From NCBI GenBank assembly GCA_964626635.1, contig CAZVFY010000004.1, positions 530-64,529 of the forward strand: DNA of 64,000 nt, read 5' to 3'. Source of the DNA: an uncultured Candidatus Saccharibacteria bacterium (lineage in GTDB: Bacteria > Patescibacteriota > Minisyncoccia > Phycocordibacterales > UBA918). Position numbers and translations under genes: made by a program. The notes beneath the pieces are model-generated. The model searched no databases, was not told where the DNA came from, and saw nothing but the letters and a program-made list of their open reading frames with translations. Below, one piece after another: positions 18,731-27,223 of this stretch; the stretch's first letter is position 1; each line of letters begins with the position of its first letter.

Positions 18731-18797
18731 TCTGCTAGATAAGATTATTACAAAACAGTCACTGATTAATCAGTGACTGTTTTGTATACTAATAGTT

Positions 18798-19109
18798 ATG
18801 AATGATATAAAAACTGCTCGATCTGAGCTCACTAAACTCATCAGTGAACGCTACTCAATTAAAGCGACCATCGACTTGTATCAAGTGGAAAATTTAACCA
18901 AGCGAGAAAAAGAGATTCTTCAATATGGTTTTGAAGAAGGGGCGAAGTGCGAGCTATTAGTGTTACTTTATAGCTTACTTGAAGGAGGAAAAGATGGTAC
19001 AAAGTTTATTGCCGATCGTGTTGTGCACAAAGTTGACGAGCTCAAGGTTTTAATTGAAGACCCAGACTATATTGAATTAGCCGAGTATCTCCGATCACTT
19101 CGTAAATAA
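18798..19109 (+). CDS. hypothetical protein (103 aa)
   Basis: ORF in operon context. Confidence 0.4.
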   Translation: MNDIKTARSELTKLISERYSIKATIDLYQVENLTKREKEILQYGFEEGAKCELLVLLYSLLEGGKDGTKFIADRVVHKVDELKVLIEDPDYIELAEYLRSLRK

Positions 19110-19129
19110 TATTACTCCTAAGAAGTAAT

Positions 19130-19795
19130 TTGAATATTAAGTGTTACTATTTATCAGTAATGTTTAGAAAACAACATAAAGGAGGTCACGTAATAGAATT
19201 TGAGATCTCATTCAACCTAACAGCAATCGGCGACTGGATTAAAGCTGGCGCGAATATCGAACAGCTCGGTCAAAAAGCACCAAATTGGTATCGTTCAGAC
19301 GATGGGGATACTCTGTACCCTGAGCTTAACTCGTATCGTATTGATGTTGTACCTTATGCAGAAGGTTTTGATGCGTACTATCACCGCAGAGCTAATCAGC
19401 TATCTAACAATATCAGTGGAACAGACTATCTCAGAAATGCAGACAATGAAATTGCTAGATATTGTGAACGACACGGTATTAAAAGCTTTCGCTGGGAAAC
19501 TTGGAACCAGTACATCACTGCCACAGTAAACGAAGAGTTTTTTGTGATGATGGTACCGATATACAAGTTTATTGAGTTACAAACCAATGGAAAGCTAAGT
19601 AATGATAGTTTTGTTGGAACTCGCATTGATACTGAGCAAATTAAGGTGGATGTTCCACTTGCACTCAATGATGATGGTACCGCTAAAAAGACCATGCCAG
19701 TCTGGCATGGTACTGCATCACCGAAATCTATCGGATATATGAACGAGCTAGTCTCAATCTCTGGACATACGTTAAATTTTGAGGTTGAGTACTAG
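19130..19795 (+). CDS. hypothetical protein, first gene of 4-gene tightly coupled module (start ambiguous: TTG 19130 or ATG 19160)
   Basis: Stop lies 2 nt before the MotB-like gene start. Confidence 0.45.
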   Translation: MNIKCYYLSVMFRKQHKGGHVIEFEISFNLTAIGDWIKAGANIEQLGQKAPNWYRSDDGDTLYPELNSYRIDVVPYAEGFDAYYHRRANQLSNNISGTDYLRNADNEIARYCERHGIKSFRWETWNQYITATVNEEFFVMMVPIYKFIELQTNGKLSNDSFVGTRIDTEQIKVDVPLALNDDGTAKKTMPVWHGTASPKSIGYMNELVSISGHTLNFEVEY

Positions 19796-19797
19796 TT

Positions 19798-20508
19798 ATG
19801 GCGACGCAACAAACATCAAATTGGATATCTCTCTCAGACATGATGACTGGTCTCATGCTCATCTTTTTGTTGATTGCTGTATTAGTTACCATGCAGATTA
19901 CTCAAGAACAAAAACAAAGACAACAGTCAGTTGCGGAGTACCAAGAAATTAAAGATGATATTTACGCTGATCTAAATGAAGCATTTGCTTCTAAGGAAGA
20001 TGAGTGGGGTATCGCTATTACCCGTGATCTTGTGATCAAGTTTGAGAACCCTGATCTTCTATTTGGAGTTGATGAATCAAACCTTAAAGAAGAATATGAA
20101 GTTATTTTAGATGAATTTGTTCCACTGTATATTGGCATCATAAATAAAGAAGAGTATAAAGATCGAATTAAAGAAGTGCGAATCGAAGGTCATACAGCTG
20201 ACGTGTCGGATGCTCATCCGACATATATGAGCACCATTTCTCTGTCTCAAAATAGATCCAATGCTGTTTTAGAGTATATTCTTGAGAGTAACTTTTTCAA
20301 TTCTTTAGACAACGACCAGCAGAGCAAGCTAAGATTTTGGTTTAGTGCGAATGGTCTAGGTAACGGACGAACTTTAGACGAAAATAGCCAGTTTACATAC
20401 ACAACCAATGCTCCGATCAGTCCAAATTCAAGAAGAGTAGAGTTTAGGATTCTCACAGATAGTGAGAGTTTGATAGACGAAATTTTTAGCCAAGATATTA
20501 ATATATAA
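19798..20508 (+). CDS. MotB/ZorB-like protein (TM plug + OmpA-like peptidoglycan-binding domain)
   Basis: N-terminal LSDMMTGLMLIFLLIAV resembles the MotB plug/TM with a conserved Asp; C-terminal OmpA-like SLSQNRSNAVLEYI…RRVEFRI. Confidence 0.65.
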   Translation: MATQQTSNWISLSDMMTGLMLIFLLIAVLVTMQITQEQKQRQQSVAEYQEIKDDIYADLNEAFASKEDEWGIAITRDLVIKFENPDLLFGVDESNLKEEYEVILDEFVPLYIGIINKEEYKDRIKEVRIEGHTADVSDAHPTYMSTISLSQNRSNAVLEYILESNFFNSLDNDQQSKLRFWFSANGLGNGRTLDENSQFTYTTNAPISPNSRRVEFRILTDSESLIDEIFSQDINI

Positions 20509-20512
20509 ATTT

Positions 20513-21550
20513 ATGAATGAAACAACGTCAATTATTCTCGTAATCTCCGTAGTAGTTTCCATTTGTATATTTGTGAGTCCGTGGTTCTTGCGTTTTTGGA
20601 AAAATTCTTCTGAAATTCAGACCACTGTTACTACCATGGGTATTGTTGGTACTTTCACAGGTATCTTAATTAGTCTTTCAAACTTTGACGTTGCAAATAT
20701 CAGCACCACAATCCCGCAGCTAATTAATGGTTTGCAATTAGCATTCCTCACTTCCATTGCTGGAATCGGAACGTCGTTAATTGTAAATCTATTTCCAAGA
20801 TTTTATTTAATAAAGGTTGGAACAGAAGAAGAGACTTTATCTGATACGGAGTTATTAAGTGCGATGCATGCTGAATTGATAAAGCTTAACAATAATATTT
20901 CTGGAGATAGTGACTCTACTCTTATTACACAAATCCAAAAACTGCGTACCAGTGTCACTGACAAACAAGATGAACTGAAGAAATCATTTGATCAGTTTGC
21001 TGAGGGAATGGTCAACAGCAATATTGATGCGCTTGCAGAAGCAATTGACAAAGTAATGGGTGAATTTAATACCACTGTTAATGAAAAACTTGGAAAAACT
21101 TTTGAGGACTTCAGAGCAGCTGTCGACAATCTTAATCAGTGGCAAGCCGAGTATAAAGGCCAGATTGATTCTCAAACTGAAAACATGAAGTCTGTCCACG
21201 AATCACTAGGTGCGGTGACTGACAGCATGAATGCAGTGGCTGAATCAATGAACGAAATCACTGTTATTAAACAGAAGTTTGATGAGCTGCTAGAACAACT
21301 AAATGCGCAACTCCAGGGCAGTCTTGATTTCTCAACTTCTATGAAAGACCTTTCTTCTGAGTTGGAAGGTTCTGGCAAGATGATTCGAGACGAGCTTAAT
21401 GAAATTACTCGCGGTGCAGCTGATGAAATGGAAAAAGTGATAAACAAAACACTGGCTGACTTTGGTAGCAATCTTGCATCCATTTCAGGTAAATTAGCTG
21501 AAGACTTTGAGCGTGTACAGCAGATGCTAGAAAATTCATCAAACCGTTAG
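20513..21550 (+). CDS. MotA/ExbB/ZorA-like proton-channel protein with long C-terminal coiled-coil
   Basis: TM1 then MGIVGTFTGIL…GLQLAFLTSIAGIGTSLIVNLF (MotA/TolQ/ExbB signature) followed by ~200 aa heptad-rich tail. Confidence 0.55.
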   Translation: MNETTSIILVISVVVSICIFVSPWFLRFWKNSSEIQTTVTTMGIVGTFTGILISLSNFDVANISTTIPQLINGLQLAFLTSIAGIGTSLIVNLFPRFYLIKVGTEEETLSDTELLSAMHAELIKLNNNISGDSDSTLITQIQKLRTSVTDKQDELKKSFDQFAEGMVNSNIDALAEAIDKVMGEFNTTVNEKLGKTFEDFRAAVDNLNQWQAEYKGQIDSQTENMKSVHESLGAVTDSMNAVAESMNEITVIKQKFDELLEQLNAQLQGSLDFSTSMKDLSSELEGSGKMIRDELNEITRGAADEMEKVINKTLADFGSNLASISGKLAEDFERVQQMLENSSNR

Positions 21551-21553
21551 CTT

Positions 21554-22372
21554 ATGGATAAGCGGGAGCTTAATCAGAAACTGGCAGACATCGCAAGCAC
21601 TTTTTCGGTTGCCAAGAGCAAAATAAAAGCTCAGGATGTTGGTTTCAAAATCACACCTCGTGAACTCAAGGATCCAATGGATAAATTCAATGCTGGTAAA
21701 CCAATTACTGGTGTTGAACTGCAAAAGATTTCTGAAAATTGGCAATCAAAAGCTCCACTCGTTGATGAGGATGGTAACGCGTTTGTGCTTTATATTCCTG
21801 ATTGGCAATTCAATTTCAATAGAGGGAGAAATAACCCTGCTGATTTGCATAAATACCATGTTTCATGGTGCGGTGTACTTGAATATATGCAAGGCGCAGG
21901 TCGTTTCAAGCGGTACATCAAGAAAACTAATATTGAATCAAATATCTTTCTAGGTAAGCAAGCTGATGACAGAAACGCAGAAAGTGTCTTATACGCTTGT
22001 AAGACCTGCAGAAAGAAGATGGCGGAAGTGGCAGGTCATAGTCTCTATTTCAACGTTGAAAATATGGACATACTCAAGTTTTTTGCGAAGTACGGCAAAC
22101 AAGATATGCTCGACCCTAAGACTAATCGCTTATATTCTGTGGTCTATCCCAAGCACTGGCAAGAAATTTCTAAAAAATACCGTGAACAAGCTAATTGGAC
22201 TTGTGCAGAGTGTCATAAATCGTTTGAGCATAATCGAGCCATGTTAGATGTTCATCATATTGATGGTGTTAGGAGTAACGTAAAAAATACTAACTTAAGG
22301 GTTTTGTGTAAGGATTGTCATGCAAAACAACCGATGCATGGACATTATAAACAACTTATAAAAAATACTTAA
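21554..22372 (+). CDS. HNH endonuclease (ZorE-like effector candidate)
   Basis: C-terminal CAECHKSF…LDVHHIDG…N…NLRVLCKDCHA HNH motif with two CxxC pairs; 3-nt gap after the MotA-like gene. Confidence 0.65.
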   Translation: MDKRELNQKLADIASTFSVAKSKIKAQDVGFKITPRELKDPMDKFNAGKPITGVELQKISENWQSKAPLVDEDGNAFVLYIPDWQFNFNRGRNNPADLHKYHVSWCGVLEYMQGAGRFKRYIKKTNIESNIFLGKQADDRNAESVLYACKTCRKKMAEVAGHSLYFNVENMDILKFFAKYGKQDMLDPKTNRLYSVVYPKHWQEISKKYREQANWTCAECHKSFEHNRAMLDVHHIDGVRSNVKNTNLRVLCKDCHAKQPMHGHYKQLIKNT

Positions 22373-22384
22373 AATTATCTTGAA

Positions 22385-23737
22385 TTAGGCGCTGTTTAGC
22401 AATTCCACCACTTTATCCTCAACCAGCACCTGACTCTTAAAGCATCCCATCAATTCACGCTTTTCTTCATTCGAGCCTTCTTTGAGCAGATACTTGGTGT
22501 ACGTTTTTAGTTCGACATCTTTGTGTTTCTCCCTATTTCCTGCAACACCCAGTACACCTTTGTGGAATTTATTAAAACGTTTAAGTTCTTCCTCGAATTT
22601 TATTTGCACGCCAGTTCTGTTTAGGTCAATTTTATCCATCAGTTTTATAAGCTGTTCTACCAAGTCTTCCTCTCGTAAATATGGATTTTTGCAGTGTCGA
22701 TCTTTTGATCGACCGCATCCGTAGTATATATACTTGGCAGACGTACCGTCCTTCAGCTGTTTGTATTTCTCTTCCGCAGAAATTCCCGAGCCACACAGTC
22801 CACAGGTCATGAGCTTTGTGAAAGCAAACTCTCTAGATTGACGAACAATATTGTCTCGTTTGAGTTGCTCTTGCACTTTATCAAAAAGCTCTTTGTCGAT
22901 AATTGGTTCATGTTTGCCGTCGTACCAATTACCACTCCCACGGGGGTATTCAAACTTGCCGTAGTAGAAGGTGTTTTGCAGTGTGCGGTATACGTTACTC
23001 AACGCTAATGGCTTGTTGCCTCTAGTATGAAAATTAAGCTCAAAGCGTAGCCAGTGATATATCTTTCGACCAGACCATTTATCATTTCCCATCTTCTCAA
23101 AGATTTGTCGTACTACATGAGCTCTTTCTGTATCAATAATTACCTGACACTTCTTATCAATATGTTTTTGGTTCAGGTATCCAACTGGCGCTACACCCGG
23201 CCACAATCCCATCTCACACCGTGTCCGCAGTCCGCGCTTCACGTTTATGCCTCGGTTATCGTTTTCAAGTTTTGCTTGACTACCAAGAATCATCAAGAGA
23301 AACTTCTCGTTTGGGTTGTTAGTGAATGTTTGGCTAAAGGTACGTATCTCATGCAACTTTCCAGCATCCATAAGGTCGACAATCTTTCCCAAGTCCCCAG
23401 CATTTCGTGAGATTCGATCCGGTGCCCACGTCAGTATGCTATTGTATTTACCATCGTATATCTCACTGACAATTTCATTAAAGACTGGCCTACAACCAGT
23501 CTCCTTGGCTGAGTGACTTTCTCGCTTCATGGAGACTATCTCCAATCCGTCACGTTCGGCTAGCTGAAGCATTTCCTTAATTTGTGAGTCAATTGACATC
23601 ACTTGTCGCTCTTCACTTTCAGTACTTTTTCTTGCGTATAGGCAATACTTCAGTTTTGTTGTTTCTTCCATACAACCACATTGATGACGCAACAGCCTTG
23701 ATGAGTCCAGAGCGTCCTCGCTCCCTATAGTTGACAT
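22385..23737 (-). CDS. large serine recombinase
   Basis: Resolvase catalytic domain (YARKSTE…SIDSQ), recombinase domain, zinc-ribbon (CGLCGS…CGRS…HC) and coiled-coil; likely true start at internal Met near 23671. Confidence 0.85.
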   Translation of the reverse strand: MSTIGSEDALDSSRLLRHQCGCMEETTKLKYCLYARKSTESEERQVMSIDSQIKEMLQLAERDGLEIVSMKRESHSAKETGCRPVFNEIVSEIYDGKYNSILTWAPDRISRNAGDLGKIVDLMDAGKLHEIRTFSQTFTNNPNEKFLLMILGSQAKLENDNRGINVKRGLRTRCEMGLWPGVAPVGYLNQKHIDKKCQVIIDTERAHVVRQIFEKMGNDKWSGRKIYHWLRFELNFHTRGNKPLALSNVYRTLQNTFYYGKFEYPRGSGNWYDGKHEPIIDKELFDKVQEQLKRDNIVRQSREFAFTKLMTCGLCGSGISAEEKYKQLKDGTSAKYIYYGCGRSKDRHCKNPYLREEDLVEQLIKLMDKIDLNRTGVQIKFEEELKRFNKFHKGVLGVAGNREKHKDVELKTYTKYLLKEGSNEEKRELMGCFKSQVLVEDKVVELLNSA

Positions 23738-23756
23738 CTTCTGCTACCATATCTAG

Positions 23757-25226
23757 ATGCATCGCCTGACCAAGACCGATTTCATCCAGTTTCTCAACTG
23801 CCCAAATTCATTGTGGCTCTTGAAAAATAAGCCTGACCTATACAACACGTATAAGGGCGAGTTTTCGCTGTTTCTTGAGAAATTAATTCGTGAAGGATAT
23901 GAAGTGGAAGAATACGTAGCTAGACTATACCCACAAGCAGTTGATTTAGAACACTGCACATCCGAGGAAGTCGTTAATCACCTCAAAATACCTGGCTGGT
24001 ATACCCAAGCCACACTCGCAACTGACAGTGGTCTCTATGCTCGTATGGACATGATTGAAGTGACATCGTCAAATACACTCACTATTTACGAGATCAAGTC
24101 ATCAACGTCAGTCAAAACGGATAAGAAACACAACCACCTGAAAGACATTTGTTTCCAACAATTTGTTGCTGAAGAAAACGGCTACGTAGTGTCGGCCGTA
24201 CAACATGTACATCTAAACAAGGAGTTTGTGAAAGCTGGTGACATTAACCCAGCCGAACTACTGCAAATTGAAGATGTTACTGAAGCAGTTTCTGCCATCT
24301 ATGCTCAAACTAAGGAAGAAATTAAAGCAGCTTTAGAACACATCAACCGCTCTGAAATTAACGAATCATTGTGCACTTGTATTGATACTACACGAGCTAA
24401 CCACTGTGATACTTTTTTATATTTCAACCAGTCGATACCGGAACATCCTATCTATGAACTAAACAATATTCGTGACGCTAAGATTCAGGTGTTACGAGGC
24501 GGAAATGTTGTGAGTATTGGCGAGATTTCAGCTGACTTTAAGCTCTCGCCATATCAGACACTACAAAAGCAATCAGTTGATCGTGGTGCAGCAATTATCG
24601 ATCATCAAGCTATTGCAGAAGCACTCAGTGACCTTGCGTTCCCACTCTATTTCTTCGACTACGAAACTTTACCGTTTGCGGTACCACGAGTCTCTGGGTA
24701 TAAGCCACACCAACACACACCAGTGCAGTACTCGCTCCATATACTTCATGAAGACGATTCGCTTGTGCATCATGAGTATTTAGCAGACAATCTAGAGCCA
24801 CCAGAGAAACTCATCCAGTCCATGCAAGAGCATATCGGTACTACTGGCACACTAGTATCTTGGTATGCCTCATTTGAGAAGACAAGAAATCGTGAAATGG
24901 CTGAACTATATCCAGCATACGAGCCATTTCTAACCAATCTGAACGACCGCACCTACGATCTGATGGACATTTTCAAGAAAGACTACGTAGATGCAAGGTT
25001 TGAAGGTTCTCAGTCAATCAAGAAGGTGCAACCAGTGTTGGTTCCTGATCTGTCATACAAAGCACTAGAAGTACAAAGTGGCACGATGGCAGTCGACGCG
25101 GCCGAGCGACTGTATGAGATGACAGATGAGTCCGAGATTGCAGAGTTACGAGAAGCCATGTTGCAATACTGCAAGTTGGATACTCTGGCAATGGTGAAGA
25201 TTTATCAAAATCTTAGAGACTTGTAG
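23757..25226 (+). CDS. DUF2779 domain protein (Cas4-like PD-(D/E)XK N-terminus + DnaQ-like exonuclease C-terminus)
   Basis: N-terminus LTKTDFIQFLNCPNSLWL and FFDYETLPFAVP…HTPVQYSLH match DUF2779 hallmarks. Confidence 0.6.
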   Translation: MHRLTKTDFIQFLNCPNSLWLLKNKPDLYNTYKGEFSLFLEKLIREGYEVEEYVARLYPQAVDLEHCTSEEVVNHLKIPGWYTQATLATDSGLYARMDMIEVTSSNTLTIYEIKSSTSVKTDKKHNHLKDICFQQFVAEENGYVVSAVQHVHLNKEFVKAGDINPAELLQIEDVTEAVSAIYAQTKEEIKAALEHINRSEINESLCTCIDTTRANHCDTFLYFNQSIPEHPIYELNNIRDAKIQVLRGGNVVSIGEISADFKLSPYQTLQKQSVDRGAAIIDHQAIAEALSDLAFPLYFFDYETLPFAVPRVSGYKPHQHTPVQYSLHILHEDDSLVHHEYLADNLEPPEKLIQSMQEHIGTTGTLVSWYASFEKTRNREMAELYPAYEPFLTNLNDRTYDLMDIFKKDYVDARFEGSQSIKKVQPVLVPDLSYKALEVQSGTMAVDAAERLYEMTDESEIAELREAMLQYCKLDTLAMVKIYQNLRDL

Positions 25227-25440
25227 CCTCCAAACATGAAGCAAGGTGGTCTGGAGTCAAGAACGCAAAAATAATGTTGCGTGCTATAATGCTTTCATCA
25301 CGAGAGTGATTTTGATCTTTTTACAATAGTAAAAGGGCCCAACCGCCGCATATCTTTATGCGATGAGTGGTTCTAAAATCCGACAAAAGTAAAGAGCTCC
25401 TTATGAGTTCACTTTTGTCGGTCCCCAGCAGGAATGTTGG

Positions 25441-27222
25441 GTGGGTTCTTCGGAACCGGCTCGTAGGGAGTTTTTTGCTACCCGAACTGTCCCAACCATC
25501 AATGATGAGTGGATAGAAAAACCGACAAACATGACAAATACAAATACTCAGGATGAACTTCAAGATCGTATTACCGAACTTGAAGCAGAAATTTCAATAT
25601 TAAGACAACAAAAGAAATATGGTCTTGTCTGGGAAGACAAACCTGAAGATGTGGTGATGCAATGTGAGACTCATGTACCAGTTTTGTCAGAGGTCAAGTC
25701 AAAGAAGATATCTGATCAAACAAAGCTTGAAGAGAATATTTTAATTGAAGGTGATAACTACCATGCATTGTCTGTTCTGAATTACACTCATCGTAAGTCA
25801 CTTGATCTTATTTACATAGATCCTCCATATAACACTGGGGCTAGAGACTGGAAATATAATAATGACTACGTTGATAGTGATGATGCATTTCGTCACAGTA
25901 AGTGGCTTTCATTGATGAATCGGAGATTGCTGCTTGCAAGAAACTTGCTGAAAGATAGTGGCTCGCTAATTGTTGCAATTGACGACTATGAGTTAGCTAC
26001 GCTGGGTCTTTTGCTCAAGCAGGTATTACCACACTACGTACAAGACTTAATTATCATTGAACATCACCCACAAGGTGCTGGTTCAAATACTGTTTCGCGT
26101 ACTCACGAATACGCATATTTAATGACCCCACCAGGGCAAGGAATTCCAAATAGACCTCGGCGAGAAGAAAGGCAAATATGGTCACTTCGAAGATCGGGGC
26201 AAGGTGAAAATAACTGGCGAGCATACCGACCTAATCAGTTTTTTGCAATACTTGTAGATGAGAAAACAAGACAAGTCATCGGTGTAGATAAGAAATTATC
26301 TAAGAATGACAAGTACGACCTAGGTGATACGAAAGAGGGTTACAAACGTATCTATCCAATTGATGGGTCAGGCGGTGAGCGTGCGTGGAGATATAGTTTT
26401 GAATCCATGCAACGACTTATTGATCAAGGCAAAGTTGAGTATACCGATCGTGGGGCGCTGGCTGTCGTGAAAGACGTGGTATCAGCAGTGCCAGTATCGA
26501 GTATTTGGACCGGATCAAAATATAACGCCGGATCTCATGGTAGCCAGCTACTGACTAAAATCTTCGGCAAAAGCGCTGCCTTTCCGTATCCAAAGTCTTT
26601 TCATAACACTTATGACTTAGTTGATTTATTTGTTGGTAATAAGCCAAATGCTAAGGTCCTTGACTTCTTTGCTGGCTCAGGCACAACCGGTCACGCTGTT
26701 CTTGAACTCAACAAAGAAGATGGGGGCAATCGGCAGTTTATCCTCTGTACTAATAACGAGAATAAGATCGCCGAAGAAGTCACGTATCCTCGGGTGAAGA
26801 AAGTGATTAAAGGCTATGGCGATGTTGAAGGTCTTGGTGGCTCACTCCGCTACTACAAAACCAAACTAGTCGACGTTGAAAAACTCCAAAAAGTACCTGA
26901 CGAAAAACGGTTGTCGCTCACATATCAAGCTGGTGAGATGATCGCTTTACGTGAGAATACGTTTGAGGAAACTGAGAAGAATGACTGGTGGCAGATTTTC
27001 TCCAGTCAAACTAAAACCGTTGCTATCTACTTCCAAGAAGACAAGCAGAAACTACGTGAGTTAGTAAAGAAACTGAGTACCAAGCAAGAAGTGGTGTTGT
27101 ATGTATTTTCATGGAGCAAGAACGAATACACTAATGAATTTGCCGAGTACGACAACATTCGGGTGGAGGATATTCCTGAGCCAATCATTGAAGTTTACAA
27201 AGAAATTAACCGCCTGAAATAA
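25441..27222 (+). CDS. mod: Type III restriction-modification methyltransferase (Mod)
   Basis: Motif IV DLIYIDPPYNTG precedes motif I DFFAGSGTTGHAV (beta-class permutation); GTG start, alternative ATG at 25531. Confidence 0.8.
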   Translation: MGSSEPARREFFATRTVPTINDEWIEKPTNMTNTNTQDELQDRITELEAEISILRQQKKYGLVWEDKPEDVVMQCETHVPVLSEVKSKKISDQTKLEENILIEGDNYHALSVLNYTHRKSLDLIYIDPPYNTGARDWKYNNDYVDSDDAFRHSKWLSLMNRRLLLARNLLKDSGSLIVAIDDYELATLGLLLKQVLPHYVQDLIIIEHHPQGAGSNTVSRTHEYAYLMTPPGQGIPNRPRREERQIWSLRRSGQGENNWRAYRPNQFFAILVDEKTRQVIGVDKKLSKNDKYDLGDTKEGYKRIYPIDGSGGERAWRYSFESMQRLIDQGKVEYTDRGALAVVKDVVSAVPVSSIWTGSKYNAGSHGSQLLTKIFGKSAAFPYPKSFHNTYDLVDLFVGNKPNAKVLDFFAGSGTTGHAVLELNKEDGGNRQFILCTNNENKIAEEVTYPRVKKVIKGYGDVEGLGGSLRYYKTKLVDVEKLQKVPDEKRLSLTYQAGEMIALRENTFEETEKNDWWQIFSSQTKTVAIYFQEDKQKLRELVKKLSTKQEVVLYVFSWSKNEYTNEFAEYDNIRVEDIPEPIIEVYKEINRLK

Positions 27223-27223
27223 C

